A DNA stretch of 34,763 nt from Candidatus Magasanikiibacteriota bacterium (lineage in GTDB: Bacteria > Patescibacteriota > Patescibacteriia > Magasanikbacterales > GWA2-37-8). A model generated the notes under the pieces. The model was not told the origin of the DNA, did no database searches, and saw nothing but the letters and a program-made list of their open reading frames with translations. Position 1 is the stretch's first letter; each line of letters starts with the position of its first letter. This document shows positions 22,849 to 33,922 of the stretch, piece by piece. Made by a program: the position numbers and the translations under genes. The DNA lies in the NCBI GenBank assembly GCA_036170335.1, contig JAVHOZ010000065.1:524-35286 (forward strand), in the 5' to 3' direction.

Positions 22849-25356
22849 TTATTTATATTTAAGTTTTTTGGATATTAATGTCGTTGCTATCATTGCTAAT
22901 AGTGGTACTGTACATAGTAAAATAATTTGATTTAGATTCAATGTTTCTAGGTGAAATATACGATGTAGTGATGGTAAATAAATAATCAAAGCCAAAACAA
23001 AAATTGTTAATAAAGAAATGACTAATAATAAAATATTGCTTTTCACTTGTACCCATTCACGGCTGATTAAAATCAAAATAGTTTGAGATAATACCAATGA
23101 AGAAAAAGCCATCGTCCGACCGATATCTATTTGCCCTAAATTTATAGCATAATAAAAATAAAATCCAAATGATACAGCGAGAATGGAAAATCCCTGAAGC
23201 AGAATTTTATTGATAAGTTTTAAATTGATAAGCGGTTCATCGGTTGGTCGAGGTTTTTCGGTCATCAAATTTTGTCTGGATTTTTCTCGTTCAAAACCAA
23301 GCACGGTCGCTGGATCACAAAATAATTCTAAAAAGATTATGTTGATTGGAAAAAAAATCAGAGGATGTCCAAACAAAAGCGGTAAAATAGCCAGACCCAC
23401 AATCGGCAAATGAAAAGAAAATAAAAATACAAATGCTTGGCGTAAATTGTCGTAGATGTGACGACCTTCTTGGATTGTTTTGACAATGGTAGAAAAATTG
23501 TCATCCATCAATACGATGCCAGCTGCGGCACGCGCTACCTCGGTACCTTTTTTCCCCATCGCGATACCGATGTTGGCCTTTTTAAGCGCGGGTGCGTCAT
23601 TGACACCATCACCGGTCATCGCTACAATCTCGCCCATACTTTGCAGGGCTTGCACAATATTAAATTTTTGTTCAGGTTTAACGCGAGTAAAAATATCATG
23701 ACGACGCACGGTTTCTTGTAGAGCCTCGTCTGATAAATTGTCCAAATCTGATCCAATAATAATTTCTTCGTTGTGTTTGAGTCCGATATTTTCGGCAATA
23801 TTATGAGCGGTCAGTTTGTTGTCACCGGTGATCATTATTACTCGGATACCGGCCTTTTGACAAGTATCGATGGCTTCTTTTACTCCTTCGCGTGGTGGGT
23901 CGCTCATCGCCAAGAGGCCAACAAATTCTAGATTTTTGACTATAATAGATTCGTCGGCTTCGCAATCTCGTTTGGCTACGGCTATTACTCGATAACCACT
24001 ATCAGCCATATTTTCGTAGGCTTTGGTAGCTTTGTTTTTTTCTTCATCAGATAGTGAACTATTTTTTATAATAAATTCAGGAGCGCCGGCGCTATATTGA
24101 ACGCAAGCATTTTTTGTATCTTTCCACAAATGATGAACCATTTTATTTTTTGATTCAAAAGGCAGATCTTGGAGTAAGGTATGTTCTCTAAAAAAATCGG
24201 AAATGTTCACTCCTATTTTAGTGGCGAAATTTTGCACTTCAATTTCCATCGGGTCAATAGCGATTTGTTCCAATGATAATAAAGATGTTTTTATTAACGA
24301 TAAAAATTCCGTTGAATGTTTTTTGATTTCTTTGACTGTATGAGTTTTGCTTTTAAAAAAAATTTGTTCCAAAGACATTTTTCCTTCGGTCAGAGTGCCG
24401 GTTTTGTCAGTGCAAATAACAGTCGCTGATCCTAAAGTTTCAATCATTGCCATTTTGCGAGTAAGAGCATTTTGTTTGGTCATACGCCAGACACCCATAA
24501 TTAAAAACACACTGAAAACAATCGGAAACTCTTCTGGTATTAAAGACATCGCCATCGCTATTCCGCTCAGCAAACCTTGTGACCAGCCATATCTATAAGT
24601 AATTATTATCCCAACAAAAACAGACACAGCAATAGCGATAATTGCTATTGTTTTTACTAATGAATGTATTTTTTTCTGAAGTGGAGTGTCGATCTGTTCA
24701 ATTTTTTCCAATAAATTTCCGAGTTTTCCATAGGCGGTGTGTCCACCGGTAGCGGTGACGACAAAAGTACCTTCGCCTTGTACGATCATTGTACCTTGAA
24801 ATAATTTATTTTCGTCTTTGAGAGCTGATGATTTTTTAATGGCGTTTTTTTGAGCGGTGACTGATTCGCCGGTCAACATCGCCTCGTCAACCAATAAACC
24901 AAAAGAGTTTAACAAAAATCCATCAGCGGGGACTTTGTCGCCGGCCGTGACATAAATCAAATCTCCCGGAACAATATATTTTGCTTCCATTTTTTTTACT
25001 TCACTATCACGATATACTTCACAAAAATCCACCATCATTTTATCCAAAGCTTTTATGGCTTCATCGGTGCGCTGTTCTTGAATAAATTCAATGATTAAAA
25101 CTGGTACTATGGAAATCAAAAGAATTACAGCTTCGATTTTATCACCAATGAAAAAATAGATTATAGCTGATATCAAAAGCAAAAGAATCATTGGCTCACT
25201 GATGATGCCCCACAGTGTGTCCAACCAAGTTTTCCGCTTTCCGATTGGGCGAATATTAAGACCGTAAGTAGTTTGAGCGGTTTGAAATTCAGTGGAGGTT
25301 AGTCCAGTGTATTTTTTGTCCAATGATTGAATTTTTTTTAAAATCTCATCACTCAT
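22849..25356 (-). CDS. Cation-transporting P-type ATPase (P2-like, Ca2+/Mg2+ type)
   Basis: TGES, phosphorylation site ICTDKTGTLT, MITGDN and GDGVNDAPALKKA, with 10 TM-type hydrophobic segments. Confidence 0.85.
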   Translation of the reverse strand: MSDEILKKIQSLDKKYTGLTSTEFQTAQTTYGLNIRPIGKRKTWLDTLWGIISEPMILLLLISAIIYFFIGDKIEAVILLISIVPVLIIEFIQEQRTDEAIKALDKMMVDFCEVYRDSEVKKMEAKYIVPGDLIYVTAGDKVPADGFLLNSFGLLVDEAMLTGESVTAQKNAIKKSSALKDENKLFQGTMIVQGEGTFVVTATGGHTAYGKLGNLLEKIEQIDTPLQKKIHSLVKTIAIIAIAVSVFVGIIITYRYGWSQGLLSGIAMAMSLIPEEFPIVFSVFLIMGVWRMTKQNALTRKMAMIETLGSATVICTDKTGTLTEGKMSLEQIFFKSKTHTVKEIKKHSTEFLSLIKTSLLSLEQIAIDPMEIEVQNFATKIGVNISDFFREHTLLQDLPFESKNKMVHHLWKDTKNACVQYSAGAPEFIIKNSSLSDEEKNKATKAYENMADSGYRVIAVAKRDCEADESIIVKNLEFVGLLAMSDPPREGVKEAIDTCQKAGIRVIMITGDNKLTAHNIAENIGLKHNEEIIIGSDLDNLSDEALQETVRRHDIFTRVKPEQKFNIVQALQSMGEIVAMTGDGVNDAPALKKANIGIAMGKKGTEVARAAAGIVLMDDNFSTIVKTIQEGRHIYDNLRQAFVFLFSFHLPIVGLAILPLLFGHPLIFFPINIIFLELFCDPATVLGFEREKSRQNLMTEKPRPTDEPLINLKLINKILLQGFSILAVSFGFYFYYAINLGQIDIGRTMAFSSLVLSQTILILISREWVQVKSNILLLVISLLTIFVLALIIYLPSLHRIFHLETLNLNQIILLCTVPLLAMIATTLISKKLKYK

Positions 25357-25367
25357 AGTGTATTTAT

Positions 25368-26768
25368 TTATCCAAAATATTTTTCTTCCAAAAGTTTTAT
25401 TTTTTCGTCGACTTGTTCAGAATTTAATGGGGGAGTTTCTCCGGATTTTTTAATCAATTCAATCATTATTTTTAATAAATATTTTACACCGGGGATAATG
25501 TGATTGTTTCTATCTTCGGCATATGAAAAACGGATGTAACCTTCACCGCCACTGCCAAAATCGCTACCGGCTAGGGTGGCAATACCTTTTTCGTGTAATA
25601 ACCAACGACTCAATTCTTTATCAGTTTTTATTTTTAAAGTTTCGTTGAGATATTTCAATTTTAAAATGTTGGCAAAATTTGGAAATAAATAAAATGCGCC
25701 TTCCGGTTCATTTGGTAAAATAAAAGGGGATAACAGTTTTAGTGCATCTGACAAAAATCTACCTTTTTTCTCATATTCGACAAAGTCGGCTTGCAAGATT
25801 GGTTTTATCTTTTCGGCGACACTATCGTAATGTTTTCCGTCCAGATCAACATCGCCAAAAATCGTGCCGGCGACAATTTGATTGATGCGGCTAACACAAC
25901 TCCACTTATTGACAGCCAACTGACCAAAAATTTCTATCAGCCACTCTGGGGCGATAATAAAACCTATTCGCCAGCCAGTCATGGCATAATTTTTGGAACA
26001 GCCACTCAAGTTAATGGTGTAATCGAGCATCTTTGGAATAGACAGCAAACTAAAATGTTTATTGCCTCCAAAAGTTATTTGATCATAAATATCATCAAAC
26101 ACGACCATAAATTTATGTTTCATTGCCAAAGTAGCTATCATCTCCAATTTTTGTTGACTCATCATCATACCAGTCGGATTTTGGGGGGTATTTAAAAATA
26201 ATAATTTTATATTTTGATTATTTTCAATAATTTGTGCGAGATCATCAACGTTAAAATCTAAAGTCATATCACTGGGATTTTGGCGAGCAGTCCAGTCGAG
26301 ACATTTTCCTTGGGTATAAAAATTTGCTAGCGATCCATAAATCGGATAACTGGGATTTTGGACAATAATTTTATCACCGTGTCCTACTAATGTTTGAATA
26401 GATAATTCGATCGCCGGTTTTCCACCCGGTTCCAAAATTATATTTTCTGTTTTAATTTCCACTCCGCGAGTTTGTGACCAATAGTGGGCAATATTGGCAC
26501 GGACTTGGGGATAGCCCATAAAGTGTCCGTATTTTGTTTGTTTGTCTTTGAGGGCTTGAATACCGACTTCGATAATTGGCTCAGGTGTTTTTGGTCCGGT
26601 ATCACCGATATGGAATTTATAAATTTGGGGAAATTTTTTGGTGGCTTCCAAAGCGGTTACTTCTGCACCAAATCCAAAAGATGTTTCGGTACCTAAATAT
26701 TCCAGATCATGGTTGTAATCTACTTTTGGCGAGAGATCAGAATTGATAAATTTATCGGAAAGTTTCAT
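25368..26768 (-). CDS. PLP-dependent aminotransferase, class I/II
   Basis: LNTPQNPTG and the PLP-lysine block CSKNYAMTGWRIGF. Confidence 0.8.
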   Translation of the reverse strand: MKLSDKFINSDLSPKVDYNHDLEYLGTETSFGFGAEVTALEATKKFPQIYKFHIGDTGPKTPEPIIEVGIQALKDKQTKYGHFMGYPQVRANIAHYWSQTRGVEIKTENIILEPGGKPAIELSIQTLVGHGDKIIVQNPSYPIYGSLANFYTQGKCLDWTARQNPSDMTLDFNVDDLAQIIENNQNIKLLFLNTPQNPTGMMMSQQKLEMIATLAMKHKFMVVFDDIYDQITFGGNKHFSLLSIPKMLDYTINLSGCSKNYAMTGWRIGFIIAPEWLIEIFGQLAVNKWSCVSRINQIVAGTIFGDVDLDGKHYDSVAEKIKPILQADFVEYEKKGRFLSDALKLLSPFILPNEPEGAFYLFPNFANILKLKYLNETLKIKTDKELSRWLLHEKGIATLAGSDFGSGGEGYIRFSYAEDRNNHIIPGVKYLLKIMIELIKKSGETPPLNSEQVDEKIKLLEEKYFG

Positions 26769-26769
26769 A

Positions 26770-29007
26770 CTAAAGAGATTTAATAATTTTATTTTTTATA
26801 TCCTCTGGGCTCAATCCGGCCACCTCATAGACTTCCTGTACATTACCGGATTTGAGATAAGTATTGATACCGATAGAGCGTTTTTCGTAATCAGCCGGCA
26901 ATAAGAAAGAATTCAAAAATCCGGTCCAACCGTTGTGAATAGTCGTTACTAGAGGACGTTCTTCGTCAGTCAAAACTTCTTGTGCACCAACTGGATTATT
27001 TTGTCGATATTCTTCAAATAATTCTGGAGAAGTGACGGCAATGATTTTTACATCATAATTTTTTTTCAAATCAGATAAAATTTCCAAAGTATTTAGCAAT
27101 ACTTGAGTACCGGAAATTGCCAAAACTATTTTTTTATTTCCATTTTTGGAAAATTGTTTATAAACATAAGCGCCGTTGATAGCCGCTTTGGCTGGTGGTA
27201 CTCCTTGGCCACGTGTTAGCACCATCGTATCCGGACGAGTTACTGACAAAGCAATCGGTTCGCCTTTTTCCAGAGCATAAAATAACATTTCCACAGTTTC
27301 ATTGGCATCAAATGGTTTGTATACTTTGATACCCGGTAGAGCGCTGTACAGACTCATCCAATATAGACCCTGATGTGTAGGACCATCTTCACCGGTTTCC
27401 GGACCGTCATGAGCGGCTAGCATAATAAAAAATCCTTTAGAGTTTGGTTTGAGATGATTGCCTATCAAAGCGAGGCGCACACAATTGCCAATCATAGTAG
27501 TAAATACGGCATAAGTACCAAAGACAGAGACCGGTTGAAATCCTCCCGGCAAAATATCTTGCGTCATGGCCGCTGACATCATCGCCATATTTTGTTCGGC
27601 AATTCCAAAGCGAATACCGCGTCCGTATGGATTTTTTTCATTGATAACGCCGTAAACATTTTCAGCTTGATTTAGCAACACCGAACCGCTAAGATCACCA
27701 GCGCCAGCATAAAAAAAGGCGGTTTGTTGCATAAGCCATTTAAACCAAGCGGCGGATGCTTTTCTAGTGGCTGTTTTTTCACCTTCTTTAAAAATTAATT
27801 CCGGCGGTAATGTTTCCGGTCGACGTAAAACAGTCGGATTTACCAACGGACGATTGGGGAGAGCGACAACCATTTGTTTTATCAAATCTGATTCAGTTTT
27901 TATTTTTTGGGTAGCTACATTTAGTCTATCAATCAGATAATGTTCATCCTCGGCAGTGATTTGCTCGCAAATTTTTTCAATGTCGTTGATTGTTTGTCCG
28001 GCAGTTCCCGGAATATCAAAACTAAGATTTTTCATGATAGCGACATATTCATCATGTTTGGCGGGAGTTCCATGGGAGGCGGCAGAATTTTCTTTAGTAC
28101 CGTATGACTTGCCTTTGAGAGTGTGAGCAATTACGACGGTTGGCAAATTATTTCCAAAACCATTGGTGGCCAAACGATAAGCGTGTATTAATTCCAAAAT
28201 TTTATGGCCATCTACCTCTATTACATTCCAACCCATTCCCAACCAGTGATTAATATAGGTAGAATTGATAACTTCTTCTATATGACCATCAATCCCAAAA
28301 TGATTATAATCCAAACTGACTATCAAATTGTCGCTGTGGGTAGAAGACAAAACATTGCGCGCTTCATAACTCATCCCTTCTTCACTTTCCGCATCGCCCA
28401 TTAAAACAAAAACTTTGGTATCGAGTCCGCAAGATTTGTGGGCAATAGCTATACCACCAGCGGCCGATAATCCGTGACCGGAGGGCCCGGTCGAAGTGTC
28501 AGCAAGCGGATAATAACTTTCAACATGTCCTTGGGGACCGTCTGAATGTCTAAAACGAATGAGGTCTTCCGGAAAAACCGGCTGTACTACTGCTTTGGAA
28601 AATTGTCGTCCGGTACGACGTAAACATTCGTAAATTAATGAATTAATGGAGAACAAAGCTGGTGTACAATGACCAGCACTCCAGATTAGACGGTCGCGTC
28701 CCGGATTTTTGGGATTGATTGGGTCAAAGGCCAAATTTTCACCAAGTAATAAGGCTAAAATTTGTTCGACTTTCGCGCTACTACCACCGGGATGTCCGGA
28801 TTGTCCGGCTTCCACGGCAGCAAAAATAAAACCACGCATTATACGAGCTAAATTGGATAAACGTGCCGAATCAAACCACGACGGTTCGGTTAATTCTAAT
28901 TTTTGTAAATTTAAATATTGAGATCCGAATTGGCAAAATTTAAATCTTTCCGGTTGTTCTTTTTTTAATTTTTCTAAATCGGTTTTTTCTTTTAGATCAA
29001 ATGGCAT
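26770..29007 (-). CDS. tkt: Transketolase (single-chain, with an N-terminal extension)
   Basis: TPP motifs SGHPGGS and GDAESEEGMSYEA; pyrimidine-binding and C-terminal domains are present in one 745-aa ORF. Confidence 0.8.
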   Translation of the reverse strand: MPFDLKEKTDLEKLKKEQPERFKFCQFGSQYLNLQKLELTEPSWFDSARLSNLARIMRGFIFAAVEAGQSGHPGGSSAKVEQILALLLGENLAFDPINPKNPGRDRLIWSAGHCTPALFSINSLIYECLRRTGRQFSKAVVQPVFPEDLIRFRHSDGPQGHVESYYPLADTSTGPSGHGLSAAGGIAIAHKSCGLDTKVFVLMGDAESEEGMSYEARNVLSSTHSDNLIVSLDYNHFGIDGHIEEVINSTYINHWLGMGWNVIEVDGHKILELIHAYRLATNGFGNNLPTVVIAHTLKGKSYGTKENSAASHGTPAKHDEYVAIMKNLSFDIPGTAGQTINDIEKICEQITAEDEHYLIDRLNVATQKIKTESDLIKQMVVALPNRPLVNPTVLRRPETLPPELIFKEGEKTATRKASAAWFKWLMQQTAFFYAGAGDLSGSVLLNQAENVYGVINEKNPYGRGIRFGIAEQNMAMMSAAMTQDILPGGFQPVSVFGTYAVFTTMIGNCVRLALIGNHLKPNSKGFFIMLAAHDGPETGEDGPTHQGLYWMSLYSALPGIKVYKPFDANETVEMLFYALEKGEPIALSVTRPDTMVLTRGQGVPPAKAAINGAYVYKQFSKNGNKKIVLAISGTQVLLNTLEILSDLKKNYDVKIIAVTSPELFEEYRQNNPVGAQEVLTDEERPLVTTIHNGWTGFLNSFLLPADYEKRSIGINTYLKSGNVQEVYEVAGLSPEDIKNKIIKSL

Positions 29008-29043
29008 ATTAAAAAAAATTAATTATTTTATTATTTTTATTTA

Positions 29044-31305
29044 TTATTTTTCCCAAAAACGTCCGTCGGCAAAAACTTGTTTTTTCCATTGGTAGTAATT
29101 TAAAAATTCACACAAAGTAAGTGGTTTGGTGGCATCGGTATCGTATTGATATTTTGTGCAATCAAGTTTATTTGGCATACTATAATTTATCATTCTTTTG
29201 CCGCTTTGATCAAGTTGATTGATATATAACCCAAATTCGTGCATTCCTAGAATATTAGGAAAATTTTGACGTTCATTAAATATCGAATGGCCTTCAAAGG
29301 CATTGGTGGTATTAATATTGAGCAAATTTAAAATAGTCGGTGCAAAATCTATGCCGGAAGAAAATTGGTCAATGTTTTTAGGTAAAATACTTTTTGGCAC
29401 ATAAACCATAAATAAATTCTCATCATAAAAACTTAATTTACCGACAATATCAGTAAAATAATCTTTGGTATAAGAAACTGGAAAAACGGCATGATCAGCG
29501 ACGGTAATTACGATAGTGTTGTCATAAAACGGGCTGCGAATAAATTCTTCCCAAAATTTGGAAAAGGCATCATCGGTAGTATGAACGGAATTTAATAAAT
29601 TATTTTTTTCATCGCTATATTTCACCATATCCTTAGCCAAATTAAACGGTGGGTGAGTATCCACAGTCGAGAGCATTATCAAAAATGGTTGTTTGGTTTG
29701 TTCTTGCATCATTTTCCAAGTAGCGGGAAAAAGTTGGTGATCAGAATAACCCCAAGACAGAGGTTCACCATCAATAAATTGTTTTAATTCATCGGTGCCA
29801 AAAAATTTCTGTGTACCCATGTCAGCAATGATAGTACCTTTATTGGCAAAATCTTTTTCTACAGCCGTGATATAGGCAGAATATTGATAACCGTTATTTT
29901 GCAAAATTTTTGGCAGACAAAGTAGATGGTGGTGACGTACACCACCGCTAGTAATTTCTTCATGTCCGGTTGGTGGTAAAAATGAGCACAGTTGAGAAAG
30001 CAGTCCGGTAACGGTTGGGGTGGAGGCGTTAAAATATTTGTGAAAAATCGTGGTGTTTTGATCTTTGGACATTTTGTCTAATCCCGGTGTCACGGCGACT
30101 AGATTTGGATTGTAAACTTCACTTAAACGACTGGAAAATGATTCCAAAAATACTATCAAAATATTTGGTTTTTGTTTTTGTAAAGCGGGCGGTAGCAATA
30201 TCGTCGAGCTAACTGGAAAAATGCTGTCATGATGGTTGATGCTAAATTCATTTAAATTGTATTTGACACCGAATCGTTCCAGTTTTTTTTGAACAATCGG
30301 ATTTAATTCTACGTGTGTGTTGTTGTCTGTAAAATAATTATAAAAATTTTTATAGATATTATATTCCGGAGTTGTTTTAAATGAAGAAAAGGCGACTAGA
30401 GAAACAATAGATATTATCAGGATTGCAAAATTGTAATAGCCCCAATATTTTTTTTGAATTTCTTTGTGAGCGGACAGTATTTTTCTTTTGAGAACGGTAT
30501 AAATAGCCAATAGCGTTAACAATACCATCAGCAAAATAACGCTCAAACTGTTGATTATTACTCCCGATGAACCTTTGGCGTGTTCTAGAATAATTGGGCT
30601 CAAATTCAGGCCGGAAAAAAATAAAATTCCGGCGTTGGCTGACCATAAAATTAGAAAAAACGCAAAGGCCAAAATCCAAGTAGTTTTAACAATAATGGCT
30701 GGGATTTTTTTTAATTGCCAGTAAACAAGATCGGAAATGGAATAAAGTAACAGCCAAAACATAGTAATTGACCACGCGCGAAAGACAATTACATTATAAA
30801 ATTTTGTGCCGGTATTCACGACCGCGTAGCGATATGTCCAAGATTGCAAACCAAGATTTATTGAAAAAATAAATAAAAAGAAAACAAAATAGAGGGTGTT
30901 GATTTTTTTCCAAATTATGGAATTAGGATGTAATGAAAGAGTTTTTTGAGTATGCCAAAAAATTAGGCATAAAATAAAAATGGCATAAATAATACTTAAT
31001 ATTTCTTGGCGAATAAAATAGATTAGGAAGGTGAGAGAAAAAACAAGAAATAATTTGTCCAGTTGATGATAAAATTCATTTTCCCAATAGGGATGACGCT
31101 TGGTTTTGTTAACTAAATATTTAAAAAATTTCTTAAATATTTGATAACCAATAAAAATAACTAACATTAATGTCGTGGCTTTAAACACAAACTGTCCGTG
31201 GTTGTGTTTAAAAAAATGATACCAACTCCAGCCGGCGGCAATAACAAAAGCGCCAATTAAAGAATTGGACGCTTGTGCTATTTTTTTTGTTAGATTACGC
31301 AGCAT
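29044..31305 (-). CDS. LTA-synthase/phosphoglycerol-transferase-like membrane sulfatase-family protein
   Basis: The N-terminal half is polytopic. The C-terminal half has alkaline-phosphatase-superfamily blocks NILIVFLESFSS, STVDTHPPF and ITVADHA. Confidence 0.7.
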   Translation of the reverse strand: MLRNLTKKIAQASNSLIGAFVIAAGWSWYHFFKHNHGQFVFKATTLMLVIFIGYQIFKKFFKYLVNKTKRHPYWENEFYHQLDKLFLVFSLTFLIYFIRQEILSIIYAIFILCLIFWHTQKTLSLHPNSIIWKKINTLYFVFFLFIFSINLGLQSWTYRYAVVNTGTKFYNVIVFRAWSITMFWLLLYSISDLVYWQLKKIPAIIVKTTWILAFAFFLILWSANAGILFFSGLNLSPIILEHAKGSSGVIINSLSVILLMVLLTLLAIYTVLKRKILSAHKEIQKKYWGYYNFAILIISIVSLVAFSSFKTTPEYNIYKNFYNYFTDNNTHVELNPIVQKKLERFGVKYNLNEFSINHHDSIFPVSSTILLPPALQKQKPNILIVFLESFSSRLSEVYNPNLVAVTPGLDKMSKDQNTTIFHKYFNASTPTVTGLLSQLCSFLPPTGHEEITSGGVRHHHLLCLPKILQNNGYQYSAYITAVEKDFANKGTIIADMGTQKFFGTDELKQFIDGEPLSWGYSDHQLFPATWKMMQEQTKQPFLIMLSTVDTHPPFNLAKDMVKYSDEKNNLLNSVHTTDDAFSKFWEEFIRSPFYDNTIVITVADHAVFPVSYTKDYFTDIVGKLSFYDENLFMVYVPKSILPKNIDQFSSGIDFAPTILNLLNINTTNAFEGHSIFNERQNFPNILGMHEFGLYINQLDQSGKRMINYSMPNKLDCTKYQYDTDATKPLTLCEFLNYYQWKKQVFADGRFWEK

Positions 31306-31670
31306 GATGATTGTTCCTCAATCTTATATTCCTTGTTGTCGCGTACTACATGTTTATCCTTTTTATCTTTTTCTCGTTGTGTAGTTTTGTGTTTTTTTAG
31401 TTCTTCTTCTAGGTGGTTGTGTACTTTATCAATGGCCTTGTATAAGTCTTGTTCGGTTTTTGATACAAACAAATCGTTCCCAGATAAATCCAGTTTACAT
31501 TCACATATAAAGACGTCGCCTTTTAGATGATGTTGGTTTTCCTTGCCGACTATTATATGCGCACGAACGATTTTATCATAAAATTTTTCAAGACCGGTAA
31601 ATTTTTTCTCGGCATAATCTTTGATCGCTTCGGTAAGCTCGATATTTTTTCCGGTGAGGTTGATTTGCAT
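31290..31670 (-). CDS. hpf: Ribosome hibernation-promoting factor / RaiA family
   Basis: MQINLTGKNIELTEAIKDYAEKKF...KIVRAHIIV is the typical HPF N-terminus. The start was taken at the second Met (31670). Confidence 0.8.
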   Translation of the reverse strand: MQINLTGKNIELTEAIKDYAEKKFTGLEKFYDKIVRAHIIVGKENQHHLKGDVFICECKLDLSGNDLFVSKTEQDLYKAIDKVHNHLEEELKKHKTTQREKDKKDKHVVRDNKEYKIEEQSSCCVI

Positions 31671-31697
31671 ACACAATAATAAATAAATTAATAAATT

Positions 31698-32636
31698 TTA
31701 TTGAACGATTTCTACTTCGGTTTCTAATTCCACCTTGAATTTATTATACGCTTTCTCTTTCATTATATCAACAATTTTTAAGACATCCGCTTGTTTGGCT
31801 TCGTTATAGTTGACGATAAAATTTCCGTGTTCATCAGATATTTTGGCGCCACCGATTGTTAGACCTTTTAAATTCAGCTGTTCCATGACCCAGCCGACTG
31901 GTACAGTGCCACGTTGCTGAAATAATTCCGGTAATTCTTTGGGGTCGCCCGGCCATTTGGCCAATTTAATATTTTTGAAAAAACTGCCAGCGGATGGGTG
32001 TCGAGGATAGCGTCCGGTGCGGTGTTTCATGTATCCTTGGACTTTTTCCATTATCTCTTTGCGATCTCCCGGTTGTAGTTCAAACCAAGTGCGCAAAACG
32101 ACGTCTTTATTAAACTTAAAGAGACTTTCGCGATAGCCAAATTCACAATCACTGTTGGTCACTTCGACAACTTCACCGTTGCGCCAGATTTCTACTTTGG
32201 AAATACTATGAGCGATATCCAAGCCCATAGCCCCGGCGTTACCCCTTACCGCACCGCCGACTGTCCCCGGTACACCAATTGTCCATTCCAAACCGGCCAG
32301 ACTGTTTTTACAAGCCCAATTTAGCACAGCACCAAGTTGGGCGCCGGCTTCAGTAATAATAGTGTTGCCAATTAATTCGATTTTGGTAGTTTGTACTTTG
32401 ATTGTGACACCTTCTATACCCTCGTCTGGCATCAACAAGTTTGAACCACCGCCAATGATAAAATAGTTGATTCCCACGCCACTGAGATAGTTCAACAAAG
32501 CAACTAATTTTTGAGTATCAGTGACCAATACGAGGTATTGAGCTGGTCCACCAACCGCAAAAGTGGTTAATTTGGAAAAAGGAGAATTGAGCTTTAAGTC
32601 GCCGTAGTTTTTTAATTCAGTGTATAATTCGTCCAT
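31698..32636 (-). CDS. murB: UDP-N-acetylenolpyruvoylglucosamine reductase
   Basis: FAD-binding GGGSNLL, catalytic-region GSFFKN and ISDEHGNFIVN. The track start at 32657 is TTG; the ATG is at 32634-32636. Confidence 0.85.
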   Translation of the reverse strand: MDELYTELKNYGDLKLNSPFSKLTTFAVGGPAQYLVLVTDTQKLVALLNYLSGVGINYFIIGGGSNLLMPDEGIEGVTIKVQTTKIELIGNTIITEAGAQLGAVLNWACKNSLAGLEWTIGVPGTVGGAVRGNAGAMGLDIAHSISKVEIWRNGEVVEVTNSDCEFGYRESLFKFNKDVVLRTWFELQPGDRKEIMEKVQGYMKHRTGRYPRHPSAGSFFKNIKLAKWPGDPKELPELFQQRGTVPVGWVMEQLNLKGLTIGGAKISDEHGNFIVNYNEAKQADVLKIVDIMKEKAYNKFKVELETEVEIVQ

Positions 32637-32687
32637 AAAAGCGTATTTAATTGCCAAAACAGTAATATTTTAGTATAATCTGGTAGT

Positions 32688-33920
32688 ATGAAATTTTCCC
32701 TCAACCAACCGGTTATATATGTAGCTCGCGATTTAGAGCGGGCTTTGGGTTTGCCGATAACAACTAAAGGTTACTATATTATCTCAAATTATACCACCTT
32801 TGCCAATAGTTTGATAAAAGGTAGGAAAAATATTTTGTTAATAAAGGGTGATGGTCTTTTGGATACTCGAGAATTGCTAGCACAAGACAAAGTCGTCAAA
32901 TATATTAACGAAATTGAAGACGCTCAAATTTTAGTTTTTAAAAACACTATACAAATTGAAAAGATTTGTTTGGAGCATGATTGGAAATTATTAAATCCGC
33001 CAGCGGAACTGGTATCAAAAATTGAAGAAAAAATTACTCAAGTAGAATGGCTTGATAATTTTAAAAAATATTTACCGCCATTTGAAATAAAAATTTCTAA
33101 AAAAATAAAATGGTCCGGTAATAAATTTATTTTGCAATTTAATCGCACTCATACTGGTAATGGTACATTGCTGATTGAAAATGAAAGTCAATTAAAAGAA
33201 ATTCAAACAAAATTTCCCAATAGGGAAGTGCGGGTTACCAAATTTGTGGAGGGAATAATGTTTACCAATAATAATATTGTTTGTGGAAAAAAAGTGTTGG
33301 GTGGTAATATTAGCTACCAAATTACCGGGTTAAAACCATTTACCAATTTTCCATTTGCGACAGTGGGAAATGATTGGGCTTTGCCTCATAAAATTTTATC
33401 GATTAAACAAAAAAAAGACTACGATAAAATGGTTCAAGATATCGGTAAAAAAATGATGTTATCCGATTGGAAAGGCTTGTTTGGTGTCGATATAGTCTGC
33501 GAGAAAAAAACCGGTAAATTGTATTTGATTGAAATTAACGCTCGTCAGCCAGCTAGCACTAGTTTTGAATCGCAGTTACAAATGGAAAAAAATAAAAATG
33601 GTTCGACGACTTTTCAGGCACATCTTTTGGCTTTATTGGGTGAACAGAAAGCCTCTCCAAAATTAATTGTAATTAAAGACGGCGCTCAAATCACACAAAA
33701 AGTAATATCGATGAAAAACAAAATCACTTCAGTTGGATTGTCAAACAAAATTAAAATTTTAAAAAAGAAAAAAATTCAGGTTTTTCTTTATGACAATATC
33801 AAACCCGAATCAGATTGGATCAGGATGCAATCTAATAGTGGTCTGATAGATAGTCCCAATGTTTTAAACAAATTAGGTCAAGAACTGAAAAGTTTTTCAG
33901 TTTCTATTTTAAATAATTAA
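32688..33920 (+). CDS. ATP-grasp fold protein
   Basis: C-terminal ATP-grasp block GLFGVDIVCEKKTGKLYLIEINARQPAS. Divergent from murB. Confidence 0.6.
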   Translation: MKFSLNQPVIYVARDLERALGLPITTKGYYIISNYTTFANSLIKGRKNILLIKGDGLLDTRELLAQDKVVKYINEIEDAQILVFKNTIQIEKICLEHDWKLLNPPAELVSKIEEKITQVEWLDNFKKYLPPFEIKISKKIKWSGNKFILQFNRTHTGNGTLLIENESQLKEIQTKFPNREVRVTKFVEGIMFTNNNIVCGKKVLGGNISYQITGLKPFTNFPFATVGNDWALPHKILSIKQKKDYDKMVQDIGKKMMLSDWKGLFGVDIVCEKKTGKLYLIEINARQPASTSFESQLQMEKNKNGSTTFQAHLLALLGEQKASPKLIVIKDGAQITQKVISMKNKITSVGLSNKIKILKKKKIQVFLYDNIKPESDWIRMQSNSGLIDSPNVLNKLGQELKSFSVSILNN

Positions 33921-33922
33921 AT